From positions 1 to 57,567 of IMG/VR virus record IMGVR_UViG_3300021600_000632: a stretch of DNA of 57,567 nt, one strand, 5' to 3'. The stretch's first letter is position 1, and each line of letters opens with the position of its first letter. Origin of the DNA: a virus. Taxonomy: Duplodnaviria; Caudoviricetes. The position numbers were made by a program, and so were the translations under genes. The notes beneath the pieces are model-generated. The model was not told the origin of the DNA and ran no database searches. It worked only from the letters and a program-made list of their open reading frames with translations. Below, piece by piece: positions 27,584-36,620 of this stretch.

Positions 27584-27784
27584 CTAAGCAGCAACCTCGG
27601 CCGTATCTGGGCAAAGCTCGGCAATTTCCTCCTCAAGTGACTTAATCTCCTCCTGCAAGCCCTTAAACTTTTCTACTAACTCCTTCTTTTGCATTTCAAA
27701 CTTTTTTTGTTCTAGTGCCTCAGTGCTTTGTGTAAATGTTTCTTTTGCAGCAGATTCAAATCCGCCCATGCCTGGATTTTTCAT
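27584..27784 (-). CDS. Small coiled-coil protein with C-terminal CP motif
   Basis: 66 aa, heptad-rich, ends ELCPDTAEVAA; fills the gap between ATPase and WG protein (4 and 1 nt spacers). Confidence 0.75.
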   Translation of the reverse strand: MKNPGMGGFESAAKETFTQSTEALEQKKFEMQKKELVEKFKGLQEEIKSLEEEIAELCPDTAEVAA

Positions 27785-27788
27785 AGAT

Positions 27789-30700
27789 TTATTTATTAGA
27801 TAATTTATTAATTAAATTTTGTGCTCTTTGTTCTGGTGTCATATTCGCAGCTTCTGCTAATTCTTCGTCACTAAGCATACTTCTTTTGTGCAAATACCCT
27901 TCAAGGAAGGCGAAGAACTCTTCATAGGTTTCAAGCTTCGCACCCTTCTCTGCTTCATCAAATTTGACCTCATACTCCTTAATCTTATCTATGACCATAT
28001 CGAGCTCCTTAATACTGTCATATTCCAACCCAACCATAAGCTCCATTATCTTCTTGACCTGCTTAACCATCTCAAGTCCGCGAATTTCTGCCTCCGTGTC
28101 ATCTTCACCTTCACGCATCTTGCCAGCTATCTTCTCATATTCCTCTTTTTTGCGCATCGGTAAATAGCCAAAGACTAACTGGGTCATTTCGAGCGAAGAA
28201 AAATATGACAACTCATATTGCCCCTGTGTATTGAGCATACTGACATAGTCGCCATTCTGGGCAATACGTTTATATTTCCCATCGACTTCACCAGCAACAC
28301 CTTCATATTTGCCCAAATCTCGCAATGGATCAAAATTCATCATTTGCTTAAAATCAGTAACCGCCTGACTCTGATTTGAATCAACTCTCATATAATCAGG
28401 CCAACCACCGTCGGCACTAAAAAATCCTGCTTTATTTAAAGTCGCATAAATCACAGCCTGAGCCTGGGGGTGCTGGTCATATTTCTTCACATAATTCCAC
28501 AGATAATATTCGATATCCATAGATCCACCCTGGTCAACATAAGCCCCCAAAATCTGATCCATCAATTCACGCATGGTTAGATTAGCACTACTCAAAGAAC
28601 TAGCGATAAGGGCTGGTGTCACGTCTGCACCAAGAATTGGCTTCAAGTTATCAAGTCTCAAGCCACTATTTCCAGCCTTGCCCTCAAAAACATCCATTAT
28701 CAAACGAGCACCAACACTTAGGCGATACATGTCCTTGAAAAATGAATAACGATCATCTTTTTTGACCAAGACCCTGGCACCCAAGCGCTGATTCATCATC
28801 TTCATGAGTAACACCTCAAATATCTGATCATTTTTAGCCAGCGACTTTGAATCATCAATAATTTTCTGTAGCTCCTCATCATCTTTAAACTCGTCAGTAA
28901 TATGACCCAAGTTCAAACGCTCAATATCAGTTTTAGCCTCATTAAGTTGATTGCTTTGTGGCAAATAATTAACTTGCACCGGAATAATACGACTGTAAGT
29001 AGCTGGATCAGTGTCATTATGGCGCGCTTTGGTATAGCGGTCACCAGTGTTACCAGTCCAAATTACACAATAGCCGGGCTTAATTTGGAATTCACCAATC
29101 GAAGCCTGAGTTTTTTGTGTCTCGCCAATCTTCTTGGTTAAGAGATCGTTAAAAGCAATTAAAACTTCTGGGGGGATGGCGTTTGCCTCGTCAATAATAA
29201 GCGGTACGCCCTGGCGCATGGCTTCATACATTGCACCTAATACAAATCTACCTTGTACTGGATTACCATAGACACTAGCGAGTTGGCCATTAACCAACTC
29301 TTCTGTCTCACCTCTTAATTTTTTCTCATTTTTCTTAAAATACGCTTCAAAACCACTCTCAGTATCATCTTGATCTTCGGACAATGAATTATGATATTCC
29401 TGACGAGCCACCTGCATAAATACCGCCTCACGCTGCTCTTTTTCTGATCCTACCATGGCAGCAATTGTCTTGGTCAAAGACTCATTACTGCTTAAGTCCA
29501 CGTCTTCGCCAAATTTCTTGGCAATAATTTTGAAATGCTCTTCTGGTGTCAAATTCTCAATCTTGAAAGTTTCAGTAAAGCGGTCCGGCTCTAAATATTT
29601 ACTACCAGAAACAATAATCGGATCTTTTGATTTGCCGTTTTCATCTTTACCTGTCAGATAATTTCGAGCAATGTGAGTCGCCAAGGCAGTCTTGCCCGTA
29701 CCATGGTCACCATGTAAATAAACGATAGTTGGTGACTTGCCCTCTTGCACTTTAAGCACTGGCAAAATCTTTTCGATAATACTTTTGATGTATGGCGTCT
29801 CAACAATTTTACCATTGTGTAGCATCTGCCAAAGATTACCCAATTCACGCTTGTAGTTTACGTAGGCCGGCAAAAACTCCTTTGCCACAATATTTCCAGA
29901 CTTTTCATATTCAGTCTCCATGCCAACATTCAAATTCAAACCTAAATTCTTTTTGGCTAATCGAGAAAAGCGCTCATTTAGTTTACCAATTCTTTCCTGC
30001 TTCAACCTAGGTCGCATTGCACCAAGCTCCTCAGAGCTTCTAAGCATATCGACATTTCGACTAGACTTGCTTGCCGCCAAGGTAGATTTATTTTGCCTAA
30101 GTTTTCGTATCGTATCTCGAACATCTGGATACTGGGCTTGAGCATATTTTTCAATCGATTTCATTTCGTCATCAGAATATGCACCAAGCTCTTGATCTAA
30201 TTCAAAATATTCTTCCAGGTTTAAAAAAGCTCGATGAGATTTACCAGCAGCTCGATTTTCTGCTTCGCGATAAGCATTACTACTAGTATTCTCTTGATCA
30301 TGTTCAGATAAACTTGCCAACTCTTTGTTCTCAATTGACTGCATTATAAAGTCATAAAAATCATCACCATCTTCTGTTTCGGCTATTTTTAACAAGTCCT
30401 TAAAGACTTCAACATTTACATTATTCGTTTTATTCTCATCACTTTTTTCGACCAAGGCAATTTTAGCTGCTGTTAATGTTTTATGAATAATTTCTGGCGA
30501 CATTTCTCTCGACTCAAGTTCTTTAGCCAAACCATCAATTTTTTTGAAATCTTTTGCATGAGCTAATATCTCTTCCACATCTTCACGATGCACACCATCG
30601 AACAATGATTGCAAGGTTTCACTCGATAAATCTTTTACGGTAATATTCTCAACCATTTCATCCATCAAGGCACGTGATTCTTCGAGTTTAGCCATGTAGC

Positions 30701-30797
30701 CAAAGGCTAAATCCTCAGCTTCAAACGTATTCTCTAATTTAGTATCTTTTGCCGCCTCGGTCGAACGTGCGACTGGCGGTCGATTTTCCTTAAACAT
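27789..30797 (-). CDS. MoxR/AAA_5 (dynein-related) AAA+ ATPase, 1002 aa
   Basis: Walker A GDHGTGKT, Walker B LIIDEANA, sensor WTGN, DPATYSR arginine finger; long helical insert between Walker motifs. Confidence 0.88.
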   Translation of the reverse strand: MFKENRPPVARSTEAAKDTKLENTFEAEDLAFGYMAKLEESRALMDEMVENITVKDLSSETLQSLFDGVHREDVEEILAHAKDFKKIDGLAKELESREMSPEIIHKTLTAAKIALVEKSDENKTNNVNVEVFKDLLKIAETEDGDDFYDFIMQSIENKELASLSEHDQENTSSNAYREAENRAAGKSHRAFLNLEEYFELDQELGAYSDDEMKSIEKYAQAQYPDVRDTIRKLRQNKSTLAASKSSRNVDMLRSSEELGAMRPRLKQERIGKLNERFSRLAKKNLGLNLNVGMETEYEKSGNIVAKEFLPAYVNYKRELGNLWQMLHNGKIVETPYIKSIIEKILPVLKVQEGKSPTIVYLHGDHGTGKTALATHIARNYLTGKDENGKSKDPIIVSGSKYLEPDRFTETFKIENLTPEEHFKIIAKKFGEDVDLSSNESLTKTIAAMVGSEKEQREAVFMQVARQEYHNSLSEDQDDTESGFEAYFKKNEKKLRGETEELVNGQLASVYGNPVQGRFVLGAMYEAMRQGVPLIIDEANAIPPEVLIAFNDLLTKKIGETQKTQASIGEFQIKPGYCVIWTGNTGDRYTKARHNDTDPATYSRIIPVQVNYLPQSNQLNEAKTDIERLNLGHITDEFKDDEELQKIIDDSKSLAKNDQIFEVLLMKMMNQRLGARVLVKKDDRYSFFKDMYRLSVGARLIMDVFEGKAGNSGLRLDNLKPILGADVTPALIASSLSSANLTMRELMDQILGAYVDQGGSMDIEYYLWNYVKKYDQHPQAQAVIYATLNKAGFFSADGGWPDYMRVDSNQSQAVTDFKQMMNFDPLRDLGKYEGVAGEVDGKYKRIAQNGDYVSMLNTQGQYELSYFSSLEMTQLVFGYLPMRKKEEYEKIAGKMREGEDDTEAEIRGLEMVKQVKKIMELMVGLEYDSIKELDMVIDKIKEYEVKFDEAEKGAKLETYEEFFAFLEGYLHKRSMLSDEELAEAANMTPEQRAQNLINKLSNK

Positions 30798-30818
30798 AGG
30801 GTTAAAAATTATTGATCT

Positions 30819-31823
30819 TTAAAAACGTGTTTTATATGTTACTCCATACAAATTTTTATATTGACCTTCATCTATCTCCTCTGCTAACGTCTTGTCTATT
30901 ACCACGAGATTATCATGAAACAAGGCAAAATCTCTATGGATATCTAACATCTCAGCTAAGTTGTTATCAATAACGAGTTCTGGCTGCTTGAAGGCACGGA
31001 TCTCAAGGTAATAATCTTTATGCTTAATCAAGTCACAAAGCATTTCGCGGGTCATTGGATCGTTGGTTTCTATTACTAGTTTGCCCTTAAACTTTACTAA
31101 TTCCTTACATATCTCTGGCGTTATGTTGCAATTAAGCGAAATTGCCTCATTGTGCTGCATTAATAATTTAGCAGCCTCAACGTCTGCCACCCCGCCAAAC
31201 CGCAGATCTCCTTTAACATCTTCCAATGCCGATAAAGCTTCCTTGGAATAAGTTTTAAAATCGCCTAAGTATATTTTTCCGTCATGTCCATCAAGTTTCT
31301 GCAATGACTCAACGCTTATTTTGTCAAAAGTTTGCAAATTAAGTGTACCTACATGTTCGCTCAAGCCCTCGGCTGCCCCTGGCGTTAACTCTTCTAACGC
31401 CTCAAAAGTCAAATTACCTTCATGCTTCCCAAGCTGTTCTGCCACTTCTGGCGTCAAGTGCGACAATCGTCGGAGATAGATTTCATTACTCTTTCTTTTG
31501 CCCTTCAATAAATTAATATTTCCCATCGGCCCTTGAGTTAACGGGGTACTCCTGGCCGCAACCTTTTCATGTCGTTCAACCAAAAATTCAGCAACCTCAG
31601 CATTCAACTCAGTTATTTCTTCGCACTTATCCAGCTTACCATTCACAATCTCTTGCCATAACTTCATATTACGAAGTTCTTCTATCTGGTCATGCAAATA
31701 GATAAACAAATCCTTAGCATCGGTGAATTCGTCCCTTGATTTAATATCACACAACAAATCACCCAAAACTTTTTCGGTATTTCTAAGTGCTGGTAATTTT
31801 AACTTAAGACTAGGGCAATACAT
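30819..31823 (-). CDS. CPSLK-leader protein + LRR-like solenoid
   Basis: MYCPSLK; ~22-aa repeats L..LTPE.AE.L..H.G.L.L. Confidence 0.78.
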   Translation of the reverse strand: MYCPSLKLKLPALRNTEKVLGDLLCDIKSRDEFTDAKDLFIYLHDQIEELRNMKLWQEIVNGKLDKCEEITELNAEVAEFLVERHEKVAARSTPLTQGPMGNINLLKGKRKSNEIYLRRLSHLTPEVAEQLGKHEGNLTFEALEELTPGAAEGLSEHVGTLNLQTFDKISVESLQKLDGHDGKIYLGDFKTYSKEALSALEDVKGDLRFGGVADVEAAKLLMQHNEAISLNCNITPEICKELVKFKGKLVIETNDPMTREMLCDLIKHKDYYLEIRAFKQPELVIDNNLAEMLDIHRDFALFHDNLVVIDKTLAEEIDEGQYKNLYGVTYKTRF

Positions 31824-31872
31824 GGGGTTTGATATTTACTTTATTTTACCAACTTTTCACAAATTTGACCAA

Positions 31873-31892
31873 CAAAAAAGAGGGCTTGCCCT
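31873..31892 (-). terminator. Internal terminator within the cluster
   Basis: Minus strand GAGGG-caag-CCCTC then TTTTTT in the only long (96 nt) spacer. Confidence 0.6.
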
Positions 31893-31919
31893 CCTGTGGA
31901 TATTATAGCAGGTTTTATA

Positions 31920-32795
31920 TTAAAAACGAACCATAGGGCGGAAACCCATCGTGTTATCACGACGACTTTCTGGATAATAGTTAACATGCGAAAGACCGCC
32001 GTCAACAGAAATACCACCATAAAGCCGGTAACCTCCATCATATATGTCACTAAACCATTCGTAATTTGTGGTCGTGCCCCATTCCTGGTGATGTATATTA
32101 CCCAGAACATTGAAATCAATCGCACGAGGTAACGTCATCTTATCTGCTTGAACTTTTAATACACTGGCTAATGTCTCTCGAACTTCTATTTTTTCTAATT
32201 CTTTAGCAATAATGCCGAATCTTGAATCCTTTTTCTCAAAATCATCTATTACTCCATCTTGACGTAAAAGCGCTAACGATTCAGCAAGAATATCATTCTC
32301 ATACTGCATTTTTTGGCTTGGTTTTTGTCGACCATCAATCAATACCCAACCAGACTTTAATTCGTCTGAAGTAATAGAAATCTTTCCATCAAGCATACAG
32401 TCATAAAACCATTTTTTTGGCCTTTCCCTCCATCCGGGGTAATCTTTATCTTGGCTCATTTCTATTTCAGGCAAATAATGCAATTCAAAGCCTTGCTCTT
32501 TCCATTTCTCCGCCTGTTTAACTGTAATTTCTTCTGGTAATTTAGGCACCTCAATCGGCATACCAAAAAAGGCTTCGAGTTTTTGCTTCTCTGATTTTAT
32601 CAATTCACGAAAGTGTAGTTTTTCGTTTATCTCATTGATTAGCTCCAAGGCGTCATTAAAAATAGCATAAACCTCGGAAACTTTAGACTCCTTGAAATTT
32701 GTTAAGTTCAATTCTTCTAGCTCAACAGCAATCGTATTTTCTTTGGCTTTGAGGAGAAAGAGTTGTTTTTTTAATTGTGGGCAGTTAAATGTCAT
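31920..32795 (-). CDS. CPQLK-leader protein + CLec/FGE-like domain, family A
   Basis: MTFNCPQLKKQL; LPRAIDFNVLGN, EWF, GG..GGLS.V, GFRPMVRF. Confidence 0.87.
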   Translation of the reverse strand: MTFNCPQLKKQLFLLKAKENTIAVELEELNLTNFKESKVSEVYAIFNDALELINEINEKLHFRELIKSEKQKLEAFFGMPIEVPKLPEEITVKQAEKWKEQGFELHYLPEIEMSQDKDYPGWRERPKKWFYDCMLDGKISITSDELKSGWVLIDGRQKPSQKMQYENDILAESLALLRQDGVIDDFEKKDSRFGIIAKELEKIEVRETLASVLKVQADKMTLPRAIDFNVLGNIHHQEWGTTTNYEWFSDIYDGGYRLYGGISVDGGLSHVNYYPESRRDNTMGFRPMVRF

Positions 32796-32806
32796 AATTC
32801 AATACA

Positions 32807-33697
32807 TTAAAATCTAACCATAAGGCGAAAACCTAGCATCTTATCTCGAAAATTTGAATCAACAACTCGAATATCAGAAAGACCACCTGCATCGCTATTT
32901 CCACCGCAAAGATGCCGATCATCATCAATCAAACTATCACTAAACCATTCGCGATTCTCTGTATTATCCCAATCTTGATAATGTAAGTTGCCTAAAATAT
33001 TAAAATCAATGGCCCTTGGCAATGAGACGTTATCAGGTGACACGGCCAAAACCTCCGCCAGTAATGTCATAACTTCAACTTGTTTTAATTCATCAAAACT
33101 AATATCATACCTACTTCCAGTGTTTTTTGTTTTAATTTGCCCTGACTTCTCCAACTTAGCCAACGCATCTTTAAAACAATCATTCTCATATGAATGGGCA
33201 TTAAAATTCTGCCCATACGGCTTTTGCCGACCATCAATTAATACCCACCCGGATTTTACTTCATCTGAATCAATTGAAAGGCTCCCAAAATTAACAGAAT
33301 CGTAAAACAAATTATTAGGCTTCTTGGTCCAACCGGGAAACTCCCTGTCATTTGACATTTTAACATTTGGCAAATAATGCAATTCGAATTGTTGCTTCTG
33401 CCAAGCTTCTACCATATCCTTGGTTATTTCAGCTGGTGGGTTTGGCACATCAATCGAAAAACCAAAAAATTCATCAAGTTTAGCTTTTTCAGTTTCAATT
33501 AAATCCCTAAATGGCATTAGCTCTTTAATTTTATTAATCAAATTACTAGTCTCTTGAAAAGTGTCATAAACCTTATCAACGTTCGATCGTTCGAAGTTAG
33601 TCAAACTCAACTCATCAAGTTCTACAGCAATCATATCTTGCTTAGCGAGTAACTGATGAAGTAATATTTTAATTTGTGGGCAATTCTTATTTCGCAT
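32807..33697 (-). CDS. CPQIK-leader protein + CLec/FGE-like domain, family A
   Basis: MRNKNCPQIK; GGNSDAGGLS, GFRLMVRF. Confidence 0.87.
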   Translation of the reverse strand: MRNKNCPQIKILLHQLLAKQDMIAVELDELSLTNFERSNVDKVYDTFQETSNLINKIKELMPFRDLIETEKAKLDEFFGFSIDVPNPPAEITKDMVEAWQKQQFELHYLPNVKMSNDREFPGWTKKPNNLFYDSVNFGSLSIDSDEVKSGWVLIDGRQKPYGQNFNAHSYENDCFKDALAKLEKSGQIKTKNTGSRYDISFDELKQVEVMTLLAEVLAVSPDNVSLPRAIDFNILGNLHYQDWDNTENREWFSDSLIDDDRHLCGGNSDAGGLSDIRVVDSNFRDKMLGFRLMVRF

Positions 33698-33710
33698 TTA
33701 CTTATTTAAA

Positions 33711-34601
33711 CTAAAAGTGAATAAAAAGACGAAAGCCCAAATTGTCACGTTCCTCATTGCAGGCCATATTTTTAATATCAGAAAACTTACAATTTCCATA
33801 GTTATCACCACTAACCAAATAGTCATTATTCCCAAGTTTATCATTAAACCATTCAAAATTGTAGGATTTCTCCCACTCCTTATGGTGCATTTGCCCTATT
33901 ACATTATACTCGATTGCCCTTGGTAGTTCTATTTGACGTAAAGATACCCCTAAAACCTCACTAAAACCCTGCTTGGCTTCTCCGGTATTCAAGCGCAGTG
34001 GATTTGTTCTAAATCTAGTAGTGGCTGTTTGCGAATTATTCCTAATTATACCTTCTTGTCTCATTTCTGCAATTTTTTCGCCTAAGGCATCATTTATGTA
34101 TACATCACCTCTGCTATCTGGCTTCTGTGTTGCGTCAACAAGAATCCAACCAGCTTTCAACTGATCTGCGCTAGCATCAATTTTACCGTTTTTAATATAT
34201 TTATAGAATGAATCATTGGGCTTTTTCTTCCAGCCAGGAAATACATCTTTTTCGCCCATTTTGATATCTGGCAAATAATGAAGCTCAAAATTTTGCTCTT
34301 GCCACATGGCCATTTTCTCATAGGTCACCTCTGACGGCAAACTAGGCACCTCAATTGTCATGCCAAAAAACGCCTCGAGCTTTTGCTTTTCTGATTTAAT
34401 CAATTCATTGAAAGGCAACTTTTCCTTCAATTTTAATACTAAATCACTAGTCTGCTCTAGCATCTTATAAACTTCGTCAGCTTTTGCTTGTTTATAGCCA
34501 CCAGCCAACTGCAGTTCTTCAATTTCTACCTTTAAGGTATTCTGCTTGGCCAAAATAATATGCAACCTTGATTTTAATTGTAAGCAGAGTTTACTTGCCA
34601 T
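33711..34601 (-). CDS. Cys-leader protein (degenerate KLCLQLK) + CLec/FGE-like domain, family A
   Basis: Start MASKLC chosen to match paralogue spacing (alternative 34613); ELIKSEKQKLEAFFGM identical to 31920..32795; GFRLFIHF. Confidence 0.82.
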   Translation of the reverse strand: MASKLCLQLKSRLHIILAKQNTLKVEIEELQLAGGYKQAKADEVYKMLEQTSDLVLKLKEKLPFNELIKSEKQKLEAFFGMTIEVPSLPSEVTYEKMAMWQEQNFELHYLPDIKMGEKDVFPGWKKKPNDSFYKYIKNGKIDASADQLKAGWILVDATQKPDSRGDVYINDALGEKIAEMRQEGIIRNNSQTATTRFRTNPLRLNTGEAKQGFSEVLGVSLRQIELPRAIEYNVIGQMHHKEWEKSYNFEWFNDKLGNNDYLVSGDNYGNCKFSDIKNMACNEERDNLGFRLFIHF

Positions 34602-34673
34602 AAATAATAACATGAATGAATTTTATAAGTTTGGCAGGTAACCAAAAATTTTGCCAACTTTTTTGCCAAACCA

Positions 34674-36077
34674 CTAAATCATCATCAAGATTAAATAATA
34701 AGGAATGTAGTATAATGTCTGTCCATTAACTTCTTTCTTACCCAACTCACTCCTTGTAATTACAACTCCGAATTCAGTTTTTTTCTTTCTCATATAATCA
34801 GTAGTTGGCGTCAAGTCTCTCGGGCTAACACTGTTCGTAAATTTTACCTCAATTGGTAACTGCTTATCATCCTGACTCACTAGGAAATCTATCTCCTTTT
34901 CACCCTGCCTCCAAAAACTCAAAACCTCACTCATGCCGTTTCCTTTGTATTTTTGAGCCAAAACATTGTAGACAACATTCTCAATAATCTTGCCAAAAGC
35001 CTGAGGAACCTCATCAATATGACTTTCTTTATAATGATTTAGGGCGCAAGTAAAATTCACACATGGCGTGTAAATCTTTTTTAGTATTCTACCCTGCTTA
35101 ATCGGACTTTTATGGTATTTATAGAGTATTTCAAAAATATAACTCTCCTTGAGATACTCGAGGTACTTATCCAAGGTCGCACGTGACAACGCAATCTCTC
35201 TGCCAATATTTGTCTGCTCAAAAACTGAACTAACATTATTCAGCAAATGTCTTGCAATCAATTTAAATTCATCAGGTTTGTCAATGCTAAATATTCTAAT
35301 GCAATCTTCCAAGACCTTGCCAATAACCGATTCTGCAATGTATTCATGCCTCGACTCAACAGTTGGCAAATGACTTGTTTCGGGAAATTGGCCAGTAACA
35401 ATATATTCGCGACTCAATTTAGCAACTTCAGCACCATGATAAGCATCATACGAACTTAACTCACCAAAAAATTCTGGCAACTTCAACAAGTCAAACTGCT
35501 CGGTCATTTTAACATTGCCGTAATTAATTCTTGCAAACTCCCTGAACGATAACGGTGGAAGATAATAATCAAAAACTCTACCAGCCAAACTTTCTCTAAA
35601 CTTACCTTTTAGTAAAATGCTTTGGGAACCAGTTACGATAAACTTAATTTTTTTGCCCGACAAATCATAGTATCTTTTAAGTACTGACTGCCAATCCTCA
35701 ATGTACTGCACTTCATCAAGTAAAACATAAACTTTTTCTTGCAATGACAGGCTTGGCTTATTAAGCACATCTTTAAAATACACCGATAACACCTCATCCA
35801 AGAACTCTGGCTTTTGTATTTGCGTAGAATAATCAAACAGGAAATAAAAAATATTGTCACGCTTAACATCTCGATCAAGCAATTGACCGATTATTTGTTT
35901 TAAAATCGTACTTTTGCCAACCCGTCTAAGGCCAACAATATTAAGCATCAGGGGATGATCAAGATTGTCCTCAATTAAAGAAAATAAATCACGCCGTGGC
36001 AATTTAACCTCTTCGATCTGATATTGATCATTTACCCACCATTCATTTTTTAAACTTAACTCCTGCCTTGTTATCAT
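34674..36077 (-). CDS. AAA_14-type ATPase with C-terminal DUF4143/PD-(D/E)XK-like domain
   Basis: GLRRVGKST, LDEVQY, TGS, ESLAGR, EIDF..PIEVK. Confidence 0.88.
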   Translation of the reverse strand: MITRQELSLKNEWWVNDQYQIEEVKLPRRDLFSLIEDNLDHPLMLNIVGLRRVGKSTILKQIIGQLLDRDVKRDNIFYFLFDYSTQIQKPEFLDEVLSVYFKDVLNKPSLSLQEKVYVLLDEVQYIEDWQSVLKRYYDLSGKKIKFIVTGSQSILLKGKFRESLAGRVFDYYLPPLSFREFARINYGNVKMTEQFDLLKLPEFFGELSSYDAYHGAEVAKLSREYIVTGQFPETSHLPTVESRHEYIAESVIGKVLEDCIRIFSIDKPDEFKLIARHLLNNVSSVFEQTNIGREIALSRATLDKYLEYLKESYIFEILYKYHKSPIKQGRILKKIYTPCVNFTCALNHYKESHIDEVPQAFGKIIENVVYNVLAQKYKGNGMSEVLSFWRQGEKEIDFLVSQDDKQLPIEVKFTNSVSPRDLTPTTDYMRKKKTEFGVVITRSELGKKEVNGQTLYYIPYYLILMMI

Positions 36078-36117
36078 ATGGATATGTAATTTATACTAGA
36101 CATAAATATCTAATTTA

Positions 36118-36146
36118 AGTATACCGTGCCTACAATATCCCGTCAA
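36118..36146 (-). promoter_or_regulatory. Near-consensus sigma70 promoter at the head of the accessory region
   Basis: TTGACG-17 bp-TATACT, ~40 nt upstream of the ATPase start. Confidence 0.7.
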
Positions 36147-36289
36147 GTCATTAAAATATGCTAATATTACAATCATTTTTATCAATATTTTTCACAAAAA
36201 TACAGCCAAAACAGCTCAAAATGACGGTAAAAATCAAAAAAGACCTTCATTTTAAGAAGATCTCGTATAAAACTAACCATTAAATCTAG

Positions 36290-36616
36290 CTATTCAACCT
36301 TAAGCAAGAACGACAGAGCATCTTTGACTCGTGGATTTTTACCACCCAAACTCCACTGTTTAATTTGCTCAATTGGATGTCGACTCTTAAAATCATAGAT
36401 TGTGAAAATCAAATCCGGATCACCGTTAATCATAAACGCCCACTCTGCCCTGATCTTCTTATCACTTGAATACCACTCGCCTTCATGAGAACAGTCGTGT
36501 GGCTCACCCAAAACGTTAATCAGTTCTTGAAAGCTGGCATGTACCGTACCGATGCGACCTGATCTGTATGTGTCTTGCTTCATGGCTGGTTTCAATGGCA
36601 ATTGTGCGTAAAACAT
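36290..36616 (-). CDS. Phage hypothetical protein
   Basis: 108-aa ORF closely packed with neighbours. Confidence 0.65.
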   Translation of the reverse strand: MFYAQLPLKPAMKQDTYRSGRIGTVHASFQELINVLGEPHDCSHEGEWYSSDKKIRAEWAFMINGDPDLIFTIYDFKSRHPIEQIKQWSLGGKNPRVKDALSFLLKVE

Positions 36617-36620
36617 AATT

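Noticed and set aside
27583-27636. Longer start for the 503-aa WG protein
   Set aside because: Overlaps the 66-aa gene; the ATG at 27582 puts the Cys at the leader position
15172-34601. Integron cassette array or CRISPR array
   Set aside because: Spacers are mostly 1-21 nt or overlaps, leaving no room for attC sites; no regularly spaced repeats; the recombinase shows no evident IntI-specific insertion
15172-34601. Leader as lipoprotein signal or RiPP precursor
   Set aside because: No hydrophobic stretch precedes the Cys, the proteins are large, and no modifying enzymes are adjacent
15172-36077. Complete DGR in the window
   Set aside because: No reverse transcriptase ORF and no template repeat found by eye
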